Source of the DNA: an uncultured bacterium
Lineage (GTDB): Bacteria > AUK180
NCBI GenBank assembly: GCA_937863565.1
Contig: CALMGJ010000010.1
Span: 3,431-67,430 of the forward strand
Direction: 5' to 3'
DNA: 64,000 nt
Under the pieces are notes generated by a model, which searched no databases, had not been told where the DNA came from, and worked only from the letters and a program-made list of their open reading frames with translations. This document shows positions 8,406 to 17,933 of this stretch, one piece after another. Each line of letters opens with the position of its first letter. The stretch's first letter is position 1. A program made the position numbers and the translations under genes.

Positions 8406-9872
8406 ATGATCGATAAGGTCATTAAAAAACACGACGATTACCGCCTTGAATTCAAATTCGGATACAAGATGACGCCGGATGAACCGATCACGGGTTACAA
8501 GATAGAGATGTTCTTCTTCATACCCAATAATCTGGGCATGAACAGGATGACATACGGAAAAGACGCGTTCTTTACGGATATGCAGAGCCATATCCGGTTC
8601 ATTACGCCTGTTTTCCTTCTGGAGAACATGACCGGCAAGTCCGACTGTCCACTTGACAAGCTTGAAAAAAGCATTGCCGATCTTCTGAACAGAAAGGGCA
8701 TGTCCCAGTTTCTAAATTACAAGAACCAGATCAAGATCTTTTCCTCGATATACAGGAGCGCTCTGCGTGATACCGTTAATTATGTAAGGATACATGATCT
8801 CAAGGAGGAGGACCTTGCCACGGTCGTGAGAGGGTTCATAGAAAATTCACGAAGAACCCTTGCGGAATTCAGGAAACTCAGGGACAGGACGAATGTCCCT
8901 CTTTTCTCGGGGTCTGTTTTCGAGCATTTCCTGCTTGCAGACGAATATATGTCTCTTATGACCGAGAGGTATTCCTTTGAACTCCTTTCCGCCAATGAAC
9001 CGAAGAACTCGGGGAATAAAGAAAAGATAAAGGAAATAGTGAAAGAGCACATAGCCACCGAGATAAACTACAGGAAGGAAAGGGGGTACCCTTCTATTGT
9101 AAAAGCAGATTCAAATAATGAGAACCTTATCCACAGGATAGGAGTTCTGAAAAAATATATGGCGAGCGTTCTGTTCCTTAATGCCGAGATCAGATCGGCA
9201 TCATATTTCCTTGAGCAGGTGATCTTCTTCGTCGCCGCCGGGATCGCCATGCTGTTCGCCACTTCGATCGCCTTCTTTTCGCAGGTCAAATACGGTACAC
9301 TGACGACACCGCTTTTCGTGATACTGATAATAAGCTATATGTTCAAAGACAGGATCAAGGAGGTCACAAGGACATTCTTGAGCAAGAAGATACTTACAAA
9401 TGTATACGACCATTCTTTAAAGATAAGAACGAGCAATGAAAAGCATATCGGGCAATGCAAAGAGGGTTTCGATTTCATGGAAGAGAAAAAGGTGCCTGCC
9501 GAAATCATGCAGCTTCGGAATGCCGAACGCATAGAAGTTCTCGATAATTACAGGGGCGGGGAAAAGGTGTTCCTTTACCGGAAAAAGATCAGGATTTTCT
9601 CTAAAAGGCTGACCGGCCAGTACTTCAATTACGGAGTGGAAGGGCTTAACGACATACTCCGTTACAATGTGAAGCGCCTTCTTGAAAAGATGGACGATCC
9701 CGAGAAAAAAATGACGGTCATAGAAAACGGGAAATTCCAGACCGTTACCGGGGAAAGGGTATACCAGTTCTATATCATCTGCAAATTCATCGATAAAAAG
9801 GGAGAGGATGCTTACAACAGGTACAGGATAGTCCTCAACCGGAACGGGATCCAGCGGGTAGAGGCCGTATAG
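8406..9872 (+). CDS. Hypothetical protein with a central TM hairpin
   Basis: 488-aa ORF 5 nt after the previous stop; two hydrophobic helices near aa 270-315; no family motif recognised. Confidence 0.75.
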   Translation: MIDKVIKKHDDYRLEFKFGYKMTPDEPITGYKIEMFFFIPNNLGMNRMTYGKDAFFTDMQSHIRFITPVFLLENMTGKSDCPLDKLEKSIADLLNRKGMSQFLNYKNQIKIFSSIYRSALRDTVNYVRIHDLKEEDLATVVRGFIENSRRTLAEFRKLRDRTNVPLFSGSVFEHFLLADEYMSLMTERYSFELLSANEPKNSGNKEKIKEIVKEHIATEINYRKERGYPSIVKADSNNENLIHRIGVLKKYMASVLFLNAEIRSASYFLEQVIFFVAAGIAMLFATSIAFFSQVKYGTLTTPLFVILIISYMFKDRIKEVTRTFLSKKILTNVYDHSLKIRTSNEKHIGQCKEGFDFMEEKKVPAEIMQLRNAERIEVLDNYRGGEKVFLYRKKIRIFSKRLTGQYFNYGVEGLNDILRYNVKRLLEKMDDPEKKMTVIENGKFQTVTGERVYQFYIICKFIDKKGEDAYNRYRIVLNRNGIQRVEAV

Positions 9873-9935
9873 AACTTTCCTTTGCGGATTTATTAAAAAA
9901 CGTCTTTTTTGGTATAATAAATAATTGGAGTATTT

Positions 9936-12515
9936 ATGCGAAGTCAAGAAGTTAGAGAAGCCTTTCTGAACCTGCTGAAAAAGGACGGGCACACCGTTAT
10001 ACCCTCGGATTCTCTTGTTCCTCCTAAAGAACTGGGCCTTCTGTTCACAAATGCCGGGATGAACCAGTTCGCTAAATATTTCTCGGGCGGAACCGTGCCT
10101 CCTTTCCCAAGGCTCGGAAGCGTTCAAAGATGTCTCCGTGTTTCTGGAAAACATAATGATTTCGAAACGGTGGGCTATTCTCCTCATCATCATACATTTT
10201 TCGAGATGCTGGGATATTTCTCTTTAGGCGATTACTTCAAGGAGCATGCGATCGAACTGGGATGGACATATTTCACGGAAACCCTCAAGATCCCGCCTTC
10301 CAAACTTTATGTAACGATCCATGAGAACGATGACGAATCCTTTAATATATGGACCGTGAAAATGGGTCTTTCGCCGGACCGCATCTACCGTTTGACGAAA
10401 AGCAATTTCTGGGAGATGGGGGATACGGGTCCCTGCGGCCCCTCTACCGAGATCATATGCGATCTTAAGGGCGGGGGAAAACCTTTGAAGGAAGAACTGG
10501 AGAATTCCTACGATTATCTTGAATTGGGCAATATCGTATTCACCCAGTATTTCAAAGAGAAGGACGGCAGCATGACGCCGCTCCCGAAGAAGAATGTGGA
10601 TACAGGTCTGGGCCTGGAGCGGATAGTCCGCGTCGTTCAGGGAGCCCGGACAAATTTCGAAACCGACCTTTTCCTGCCGATCATCAAGAAGGTCGAGGAA
10701 GAATCCGGCGTGAAATATGATCCGGATAATGAACCTGCCGCTTTCAGGATCGTTGCGGACCATATCAAGGCCGTGGTATTTCTGATCTCGGACGGGATCA
10801 ATCCCTCCAATCTCGGAAGAGGATATGTGGCCAGGAAACTTCTGCGGCGACTTTCTGTCAGTCTCAGAAAACTGGGCATCAACGGCCCGTTCGCCTATAA
10901 GCTCGTGGCGCCGGTCCGGGATATCATGTCGGGTTTCTACCCGTCCGTGGCCGAGAAGGCCAGATTTGTGGAGAGCGTGATATACGAAGAGGAGGAGCGT
11001 TTTCTGTCTCTTCTCGAAAAAGGTTATAAGAAATACCTGGATATGAAGGAAAGGACCCTGTCCAGAAATGAAAGAACGATCCGCGCGAACGATATTTTTG
11101 AATTATACGATACTTACGGATTCCCTGTGGATATAATCAAGGAAATGGCCGCGGCGGATTCTCTTGCGATCGACAGGGATGGCTTTGAATCCAGGATGGC
11201 GGAACAAAGGGAAATAGCCCGAGGCGGCAGAAAGAAAGAGGATGCTGCCTTTCTGAAAGATATCCCCGAGACTGTCTTTACGGGCTATGAAGAGAAGAAC
11301 TCGGAATCCTCCATAATACTTACGGCTGATCAGGGAAGAAAGATCAAGGATGAACTTCGGACCGGAGAAGAAGGGATCATAATTTCGGCATCGACGCCGT
11401 TCTATGCGGAATCCGGCGGTCAGACCGGCGACCGCGGAATGATAAGGACCTCCGGCGGCCTGTTCTCTGTTGCAGATACGAAAAAAGAAAAAGGGATCGT
11501 CCTCCATTACGGAACGGTTGAGGAAGGTTCAATAAAAAAGGGCGAGCCGGCCGCGCTTAAGATCGATGTGGAGTGCAGGCGAAAGACGGCAGTGCATCAT
11601 ACGCTTACTCATCTTCTCCATTCCGCTTTGCGGGAAGTGCTGGGAGAACATGTTCATCAGGCGGGATCGCTTGTCTCCCCAGACACGCTCCGTTTCGATT
11701 TTACGCATTTCAGGAAGATGACGCCGGGAGAGATAAAAACCGCCGAAGAAGCCGTGAACCTGGCTATTATGAAAGGTATCGAGGTCGCGGTCACGGAAAC
11801 GAGTTTCAAGGAAGCTGAAGAAAAAGGAGCGCAGGCTCTTTTTGAAGCGAAATACGGGGAGAGGGTGCGTCTTGTCGAGATAGAAGGAGAATCACTGGAA
11901 TTATGCGGCGGTACGCATATCCTCAACACGAAGGAAGCGATGATGTTCAAGATCGTATCCGAATCCGCCGTTGCGGCCGGAATAAGAAGAATAGAAGCTC
12001 TTGGCGGTTCTGCAGCGCTTGCGTTCTTCAATGGGATATTCGAAAAATATGAATCGGTGAGAATGGTGCTTAAGACGAATGAACCGTTGGAAGAGATCGA
12101 AAAACTTCAAAAGGAACTCTCCGAAACACACTTATTAAAAAAGGAATTCGAAAGAAAACTGTTGGGCATAGAGATAAAAAATAACGCTTCGGAACCGGGA
12201 AATTTCACGGCGGTCAGGATACACGAGCATTACTCCTTCGACCGCGTAAGGGAAATTTTGGACGAATGCCGGAATGAGTTCCCGGGCAAACTGCTTGTCT
12301 GCTATCAGATCAAAGACGGGAAAACAGTGCTTGCAGCCTCCAGAGGGAATGCTCTGACCGACATCAATATCAGCGAAATGCTGAAGCCGAAATTGTCCCT
12401 TATTAAAGGCGGCGGTGGCGGACGGCCTGATTTTATGCAGTGCGGGGGTTCTGATCCTTCCGGCATTCCGGCTCTCATTGAAGCTCTGAAAGGAGATATG
12501 CATGAGAAAAAGTAA
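9936..12515 (+). CDS. alaS: Alanine--tRNA ligase
   Basis: LLFTNAGMNQF, HHTFFEMLG, GPCGP, DTGLGLER; editing HTLTH...ELCGGTH; C-terminal GGGGRPDF. Confidence 0.97.
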   Translation: MRSQEVREAFLNLLKKDGHTVIPSDSLVPPKELGLLFTNAGMNQFAKYFSGGTVPPFPRLGSVQRCLRVSGKHNDFETVGYSPHHHTFFEMLGYFSLGDYFKEHAIELGWTYFTETLKIPPSKLYVTIHENDDESFNIWTVKMGLSPDRIYRLTKSNFWEMGDTGPCGPSTEIICDLKGGGKPLKEELENSYDYLELGNIVFTQYFKEKDGSMTPLPKKNVDTGLGLERIVRVVQGARTNFETDLFLPIIKKVEEESGVKYDPDNEPAAFRIVADHIKAVVFLISDGINPSNLGRGYVARKLLRRLSVSLRKLGINGPFAYKLVAPVRDIMSGFYPSVAEKARFVESVIYEEEERFLSLLEKGYKKYLDMKERTLSRNERTIRANDIFELYDTYGFPVDIIKEMAAADSLAIDRDGFESRMAEQREIARGGRKKEDAAFLKDIPETVFTGYEEKNSESSIILTADQGRKIKDELRTGEEGIIISASTPFYAESGGQTGDRGMIRTSGGLFSVADTKKEKGIVLHYGTVEEGSIKKGEPAALKIDVECRRKTAVHHTLTHLLHSALREVLGEHVHQAGSLVSPDTLRFDFTHFRKMTPGEIKTAEEAVNLAIMKGIEVAVTETSFKEAEEKGAQALFEAKYGERVRLVEIEGESLELCGGTHILNTKEAMMFKIVSESAVAAGIRRIEALGGSAALAFFNGIFEKYESVRMVLKTNEPLEEIEKLQKELSETHLLKKEFERKLLGIEIKNNASEPGNFTAVRIHEHYSFDRVREILDECRNEFPGKLLVCYQIKDGKTVLAASRGNALTDINISEMLKPKLSLIKGGGGGRPDFMQCGGSDPSGIPALIEALKGDMHEKK

Positions 12516-13866
12516 GATCACCGCGGTTTTCCTCGCCGTATTTTTTGTGCTTGCGGTATCGTGTAAGGAGGAGCCTCCTTGGCAGAAAGGAGTTGAGCTG
12601 TTCAAAAGGGGACAGTATAAAAGATCGATCAGATATTTCCGGAAAGCCATGGAAACGAACCCTCTCCACGCCGATGCCGCATATTACATGATCGGGAGCG
12701 CTTATATAAAAACAGGAGAGTATGAAAAAGCTACGGAAGCGTTCTCCAATATCATCGAACAGAAAGATACGGAAGAGCTGGTGAAGAAGTATGTTGACGG
12801 GATGTGGTATTTCAACGGCGGTGATTTTAAGTCCGCAATGCCCATCTTCGAGATCATCGTGCACGAATCGCCCACTTATAAGAACGGCAATGCCTTTTTC
12901 TACCTAATCCGCTCGATCAAGGAAGTGTACGGTGCCGGGAAGGCCGCCGAGGAATGCTTTACCGGAATCAGGATGTTCGCCGATCATATAGATGAGACGG
13001 GAAGGTGCAACCTTTACAACCTCTACGGGAGCCTTCTTCTCGAATTGAAGGATTATGCCGTCGCCGCCGAATATTTTAAAAAATCGCTCGCTATCAGGGA
13101 AGATACGCTCGTTCTGTACAATCTCGGCATAGCGTACGAGAATCTCGGTGATTACACGTCGGCTCGTCAGCAGTTCTTCAGTTCCTATTTTGCGGACAGA
13201 AAGAACGATCTTGCCAAGTGGAAGTTCTTCGGGCTTCTTACGCTTGAGGAGATCGAAGCAAATAACGATATCTTCAAATTCGGCGCTCAGGCGCTTAACG
13301 AATTCAAACGGGCAACGGAATTTTTCAAAAAAGGATACTTCGAATTTTTCAGGGATTCGGTGGAACGGGCTCTGAGAATGGATTTCCAGATCGAGCGGCT
13401 TTTCTACCAGTACGGCCAGTATGCCCTGAAATTCTCGGATGATATGCTGTTCAAAGCCAATGTGGAGCATTATTTTTTCGGGAATGCCGAAAAAGCCGAG
13501 GCGGCCTACAGGAACCTTCCTTCGGGGTATGCCCGTGATCTGGATTACGGCATCCTGCTCATTAAAGCCGGCCGTTTCGATGAAGCGGAAGCCATTCTGA
13601 GGCAAATGGGCAGTGGCGATCTCGATTTCCGGAAGCATTTCTACACCGGGCTCATGTGGTACAATCGCGCTGCTCCGGAAAAAGCACTGGAGGAATTCGG
13701 CAAGGCCGCCGATCTGAATGCCGATGTAATATCGCTTCCGTATTTTGCCTCTTTGGTGAAGGATGCGTCCGGAACGGAAAATTACATGATGCTTTCCGAT
13801 TTTCTGCTGCAGAGAACGAAGGATGGAGAATTAAAGAAATGGATAGCAGTTCATTTAAAAAAATAG
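12502..13866 (+). CDS. TPR-repeat lipoprotein
   Basis: Lipobox LAVSC; several TPR helices (YYMIGSAYIKTGEYEKA, LYNLGIAYENLGDYTSA). Confidence 0.8.
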   Translation: MRKSKITAVFLAVFFVLAVSCKEEPPWQKGVELFKRGQYKRSIRYFRKAMETNPLHADAAYYMIGSAYIKTGEYEKATEAFSNIIEQKDTEELVKKYVDGMWYFNGGDFKSAMPIFEIIVHESPTYKNGNAFFYLIRSIKEVYGAGKAAEECFTGIRMFADHIDETGRCNLYNLYGSLLLELKDYAVAAEYFKKSLAIREDTLVLYNLGIAYENLGDYTSARQQFFSSYFADRKNDLAKWKFFGLLTLEEIEANNDIFKFGAQALNEFKRATEFFKKGYFEFFRDSVERALRMDFQIERLFYQYGQYALKFSDDMLFKANVEHYFFGNAEKAEAAYRNLPSGYARDLDYGILLIKAGRFDEAEAILRQMGSGDLDFRKHFYTGLMWYNRAAPEKALEEFGKAADLNADVISLPYFASLVKDASGTENYMMLSDFLLQRTKDGELKKWIAVHLKK

Positions 13867-14282
13867 ATTTTCATAATGTGCTTTCCTTTGATAATGACGA
13901 GCATTATATCGTGCTCAAACTCAACGGAGAGAAAAAAGTGATGCGGCCTATCGAGATCACATCCACTCAGATGCGCATTCTCCGCGAGATACGCGGCAAA
14001 ATTAAAAAAAGAGAGGACGTATATTTTATCCTTAAAGAGCAGAATTTTCTCCGAAATGCAAAGGCTCTTCTTATCCTTAATGAAAAGAGGTCCGTTCTGA
14101 TGGACCATCTGGGAAACACCCTCCGCCCTCTTAACATCATCGACGGCGTCATCTTGGCAATAGACAACCGCATCCCGATGTATGCTGATAAAAAGATCGC
14201 GTTCAACGAAGATGTGAACGATTTCTTCTATGAATTCCCTGATGACCCCGAACCCGGCCCAGGCGAGGACATGCTGATGTGA
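13839..14282 (+). CDS. Small protein resembling a divergent bifunctional nuclease (DUF151/BFN)
   Basis: Likely start ATG 13839 (147 aa). IVLK...PIEI and IIDGVILAIDNRIPMY recall the DUF151 'LPIWI' and 'RPSDAIALA...PIY' motifs. Confidence 0.45.
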   Translation: MDSSSFKKIDFHNVLSFDNDEHYIVLKLNGEKKVMRPIEITSTQMRILREIRGKIKKREDVYFILKEQNFLRNAKALLILNEKRSVLMDHLGNTLRPLNIIDGVILAIDNRIPMYADKKIAFNEDVNDFFYEFPDDPEPGPGEDMLM

Positions 14283-16345
14283 TGCAGGATGACGGACTTG
14301 ACATCGACATCCAGTATATAAAGGGCATTGGCCCTTACAATAAAAAACTTCTCAATAAGAAAGGAATTCATACCGCGGTTGACCTTCTTGAGAATTTCCC
14401 CCGTGATTACGAGGACAGACGGAGGATACTGAAGATCTCGCAGGTCAATCTCGGCACCTGCACGGTGGCGGGCCGTGTTTTCGACATTAATGAATTCAGA
14501 CATCAGCGCCCAACGCGCGTCGAAGTGATCCTTGAGGATGATTCGGGGAGGATCCCCCTCGTGTTTTTCAATCAGAATTATATTGCGAAGGTCATCTCGA
14601 AAGGCGATCCTATCGTGGCCACCGGCAATGCCGAATTCAATTACGGCCGGCTTTTCTTCAATAACCCGGACTGGGAAAAACTGGACGATGCAGGCAAGGT
14701 CAATCTTAATCATGGAAGGATAGTCCCGGTATACGGACTTACCGAGGGCCTTTCCCAGAGCAAGATGCGGACCTTTATCTACAATGCTCTCACACATTTC
14801 AAGGACAAGATAGAAGATCCCATACCGAAAGAAGCGCTAGAGCCTTTCGACCTCCCCGAGAGGGAGATCGCGCTCATCAGGACTCATTTCCCGAAGCCCG
14901 AGGAGGACCTCCGCGCCGTACGGGAGTATGCTACACAGTATCAGAAACGCATGGTCTTCGAGGAGATCTTCTATCTTCAATATTTCTGGAAAAGAAGGAA
15001 ACAGGAAATAAAGAGCCAGCACGGCATATCATTCGCCTTGAAGAGCGAAGGGATCGAGTCATTCCTTGCGGCCTTGCCGTTCGAGCTGACGGCATCTCAG
15101 AAGAGGGTCCTTGAAGAGATATTCGCCGATATGAAAAGCGATATGCCCATGAACAGGCTGCTGCAAGGGGACGTCGGCAGCGGGAAAACGGTCGTGGCTT
15201 TCACGGCTGCCGTAAATGCCGTTCTGAACGGATATCAGGCCGCCGTAATGGCGCCGACCGAAGTACTGGCGCACCAGCATTACGTGAAAGCGTGTTCCAT
15301 GCTCCAGCACCTGGACTTCAGAGTGGAATACCTTTTCGGAAAACAGAAGAAAAGCGATAAGGAACGCATCACGGAAAAACTGGGGAACGGAGAGATAAAC
15401 GTCATAGTGGGCACTCACGCACTTTTCCAGGAGAACGTGAACTTCCGCCGCCTCGGGCTTGTCGTGATAGACGAACAGCACAGGTTCGGTGTTGAACAGA
15501 GGATGGAGTTGATGGGGAAAGGAAACCGTCCGGATACTCTCGTCATGAGCGCAACCCCAATACCCAGATCCGTGGCGATGACGATTTACGGGGATATGGA
15601 TTATTCGGTGATCGATGAAATGCCGAAAGGACGGAAGGAGATATTCACTGAGATCGCCTCCGGAGATGAAGAATACCTGTATTCGAAAATAAAGGAGACC
15701 CTGGAGCGCGGAGAAAGCGCTTATGTCGTTTATCCGCTCATAGAAGAAACGGAGAAATCGGACCTTAAAGCTGCCGAGAGCGGTTACGAACATCTTAGGA
15801 AGAGATTCGGGGACAGCACCGGACTTCTGCACGGAAGGATGAAAAGCGCCGAAAAGATAGAAGCGATGAAGAAGTTCTTTGATAAACGGACCCGGATCCT
15901 TGTTTCCACCACGGTCATCGAAGTTGGGATCGATTCTCCCGATGCCACCCTTATGATTATTGTCAATGCCGAAAGGTTCGGCCTTTCTCAGCTTCACCAG
16001 TTGAGGGGGCGCATCGGAAGAGGCGATAAGCTTTCGCACTGTATTCTGTATACGGATAATCCTAAAAACGAGAGACTGCATGTGATCAAAAGGCACACCG
16101 ACGGATTCAAGATATCCATTGAGGATTTCCGCATAAGAGGGCCGGGAGAGATCATGGGTACTGCGCAATCCGGCCTTCCCCCTTTTAAACTCTTCGATAT
16201 GTTCAGGGACAGGGAAATGCCCGAACTGTCAGAGAAGGTCATGGGAGTGATAGCGAAGCTCGAGGACCGCTCTACCGTCGACAAGCTCGACAGTACGGTC
16301 GAGGAGCGTTACGGGAAAAAATTCCGGTTCAAGGAGGTCCTGTGA
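14279..16345 (+). CDS. recG: ATP-dependent DNA helicase RecG
   Basis: LLQGDVGSGKT, APTEVLA, IDEQHRFG, SATPIPR, QLHQLRGRIGRG, RGPGE. Confidence 0.97.
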   Translation: MMQDDGLDIDIQYIKGIGPYNKKLLNKKGIHTAVDLLENFPRDYEDRRRILKISQVNLGTCTVAGRVFDINEFRHQRPTRVEVILEDDSGRIPLVFFNQNYIAKVISKGDPIVATGNAEFNYGRLFFNNPDWEKLDDAGKVNLNHGRIVPVYGLTEGLSQSKMRTFIYNALTHFKDKIEDPIPKEALEPFDLPEREIALIRTHFPKPEEDLRAVREYATQYQKRMVFEEIFYLQYFWKRRKQEIKSQHGISFALKSEGIESFLAALPFELTASQKRVLEEIFADMKSDMPMNRLLQGDVGSGKTVVAFTAAVNAVLNGYQAAVMAPTEVLAHQHYVKACSMLQHLDFRVEYLFGKQKKSDKERITEKLGNGEINVIVGTHALFQENVNFRRLGLVVIDEQHRFGVEQRMELMGKGNRPDTLVMSATPIPRSVAMTIYGDMDYSVIDEMPKGRKEIFTEIASGDEEYLYSKIKETLERGESAYVVYPLIEETEKSDLKAAESGYEHLRKRFGDSTGLLHGRMKSAEKIEAMKKFFDKRTRILVSTTVIEVGIDSPDATLMIIVNAERFGLSQLHQLRGRIGRGDKLSHCILYTDNPKNERLHVIKRHTDGFKISIEDFRIRGPGEIMGTAQSGLPPFKLFDMFRDREMPELSEKVMGVIAKLEDRSTVDKLDSTVEERYGKKFRFKEVL

Positions 16346-16863
16346 GAATAAGCGCCGGTATCTACAAAGGCAGGAATATAAAAGTGCCGTCCGAAGGCAC
16401 CAGGCCGACTCTGTGTAAAATAAGGCAGGCCGTGTTCAATATGCTGGGAGGCGACCTCAGCGGCTGCGTCTTTTACGATGTGTTCGCCGGCAGCGGGATC
16501 ATGGGCATCGAAGCGCTCTCGAGAGGTGCGGTGACCGTGTTCAACGATATTAAAAGAGAACATATGAATTCCATCAGGAAAAACCTCGATCTCATCGGCG
16601 CAGCGGAAGGAAGCTATGAAATATCGTGCCGTGATGCGATCGATCTTGTCACAGTGACGGCGGATAAGAACGGGATATTCTATTTCGATCCTCCCTTCGG
16701 GGAGGACGGACTCATCCGCAGGCTCATTTCCGTTTTTGAAGGAACTCGGGGCCGATTAGGGATTTTCGAACTTCCGGTTGACAAAAAATTCGTTTTATCA
16801 TATATTAAGAAAGAAAAAAGATACGGAAGTATCAGGATCGTTGTGGAAGACCTTTATGAATAA
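16342..16863 (+). CDS. rsmD: 16S rRNA m2G966 methyltransferase
   Basis: MRISAG..KGR, TRPT, DVFAGSGIMGIEALSRGA, FDPPF; recG-rsmD-coaD synteny. Confidence 0.88.
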   Translation: MRISAGIYKGRNIKVPSEGTRPTLCKIRQAVFNMLGGDLSGCVFYDVFAGSGIMGIEALSRGAVTVFNDIKREHMNSIRKNLDLIGAAEGSYEISCRDAIDLVTVTADKNGIFYFDPPFGEDGLIRRLISVFEGTRGRLGIFELPVDKKFVLSYIKKEKRYGSIRIVVEDLYE

Positions 16864-17335
16864 AAAGATCGTTGTTTATCCAGGCAGTTTCGACCCGTTC
16901 ACAATCGGGCACAAGGATCTCGTCCTGAGGGCGAAAAAGATCTTCAAGCACGTCGTGATCGCTGTCTTGAAGAATCCTAAAAAGCATACCATGTTCACCG
17001 CAGAGGAACGCATGGACATCATTAAAAGTTATGTTGACGACATCGAGGGCATTACAATCGATTCCTTCGAGGGACTGCTTGTCGACTACCTCAAGCAGAA
17101 GGAATTGAACCTCATCATGCGGGGAATGAGGATGCTGTCCGATTTCGAATATGAATTCCAGATGTCGCTCACCAACCGGAAGCTCTATTCGGACTTCGAG
17201 GCGATATATCTCGTTCCTTCCATAGAATATTCCTTTATTTCATCATCGATAGTGAAAGAGATTGCTCAATTTAAAGGCGATTTGGACCTTCTTGTGAACG
17301 AGTACACGAAAAAGAAGCTCTATGAGAAGATATAG
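16856..17335 (+). CDS. coaD: Pantetheine-phosphate adenylyltransferase
   Basis: YPGSFDPFTIGH, RGMR..SDFEYE, ISSSIVKEIA; start at ATG 16856. Confidence 0.95.
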   Translation: MNKKIVVYPGSFDPFTIGHKDLVLRAKKIFKHVVIAVLKNPKKHTMFTAEERMDIIKSYVDDIEGITIDSFEGLLVDYLKQKELNLIMRGMRMLSDFEYEFQMSLTNRKLYSDFEAIYLVPSIEYSFISSSIVKEIAQFKGDLDLLVNEYTKKKLYEKI

Positions 17336-17933
17336 CGCGTTTCTTCTCGCTTTCCTTCTTTTCATTTCCTGCGCCAGGAAAGAATATGAGGAAGACAGGC
17401 GCACTATCAATATGATCAAAGCAGAGAAGGACAATTTTTCGCGGCTTCTCGAAAAAGGAAATGCTTATCTGATGATGAAAAAATACGGCCTTGCAAAACT
17501 ATACTACGAAGAAGCGGAAAAAGTGAACGGCACTGATCCCGTCGTCCATTTCAACCTCGGTCTCGTATGGGATGAGATGGGCAAACTTGATAAAGCGGCG
17601 GAATCCTATACGCGCGCTATCGAACTGGACAGAACATATGTGAAGGCACTTCTGAACCTCGGGCTCGTATTCCTGAAGAAGAAAGACTACGTCTCTGCAC
17701 TCAAGTATTTCAATGATACGCTCCTTTACAGTCCTGATAATAAGCTTGCCCTGTTCAATAAGGCGCTCGTTCTTCATAAAACTTCTCCGGAGCGCGCTCT
17801 TGACGCATGGTACGACTTCTATGAAGCGGCCAAGAACGATCCTTCCCAGTATCAAAACGTGAACCGGGCGATAGGGTATATTGAAGCGCTAGAGAAAAAA
17901 TACGGATCAGATCAAAGCGATCTTCAGGACTAG
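17322..17933 (+). CDS. TPR-repeat lipoprotein
   Basis: Lipobox LFISC; TPRs HFNLGLVWDEMG and LLNLGLVFLKKKDY. Confidence 0.8.
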   Translation: MRRYSAFLLAFLLFISCARKEYEEDRRTINMIKAEKDNFSRLLEKGNAYLMMKKYGLAKLYYEEAEKVNGTDPVVHFNLGLVWDEMGKLDKAAESYTRAIELDRTYVKALLNLGLVFLKKKDYVSALKYFNDTLLYSPDNKLALFNKALVLHKTSPERALDAWYDFYEAAKNDPSQYQNVNRAIGYIEALEKKYGSDQSDLQD

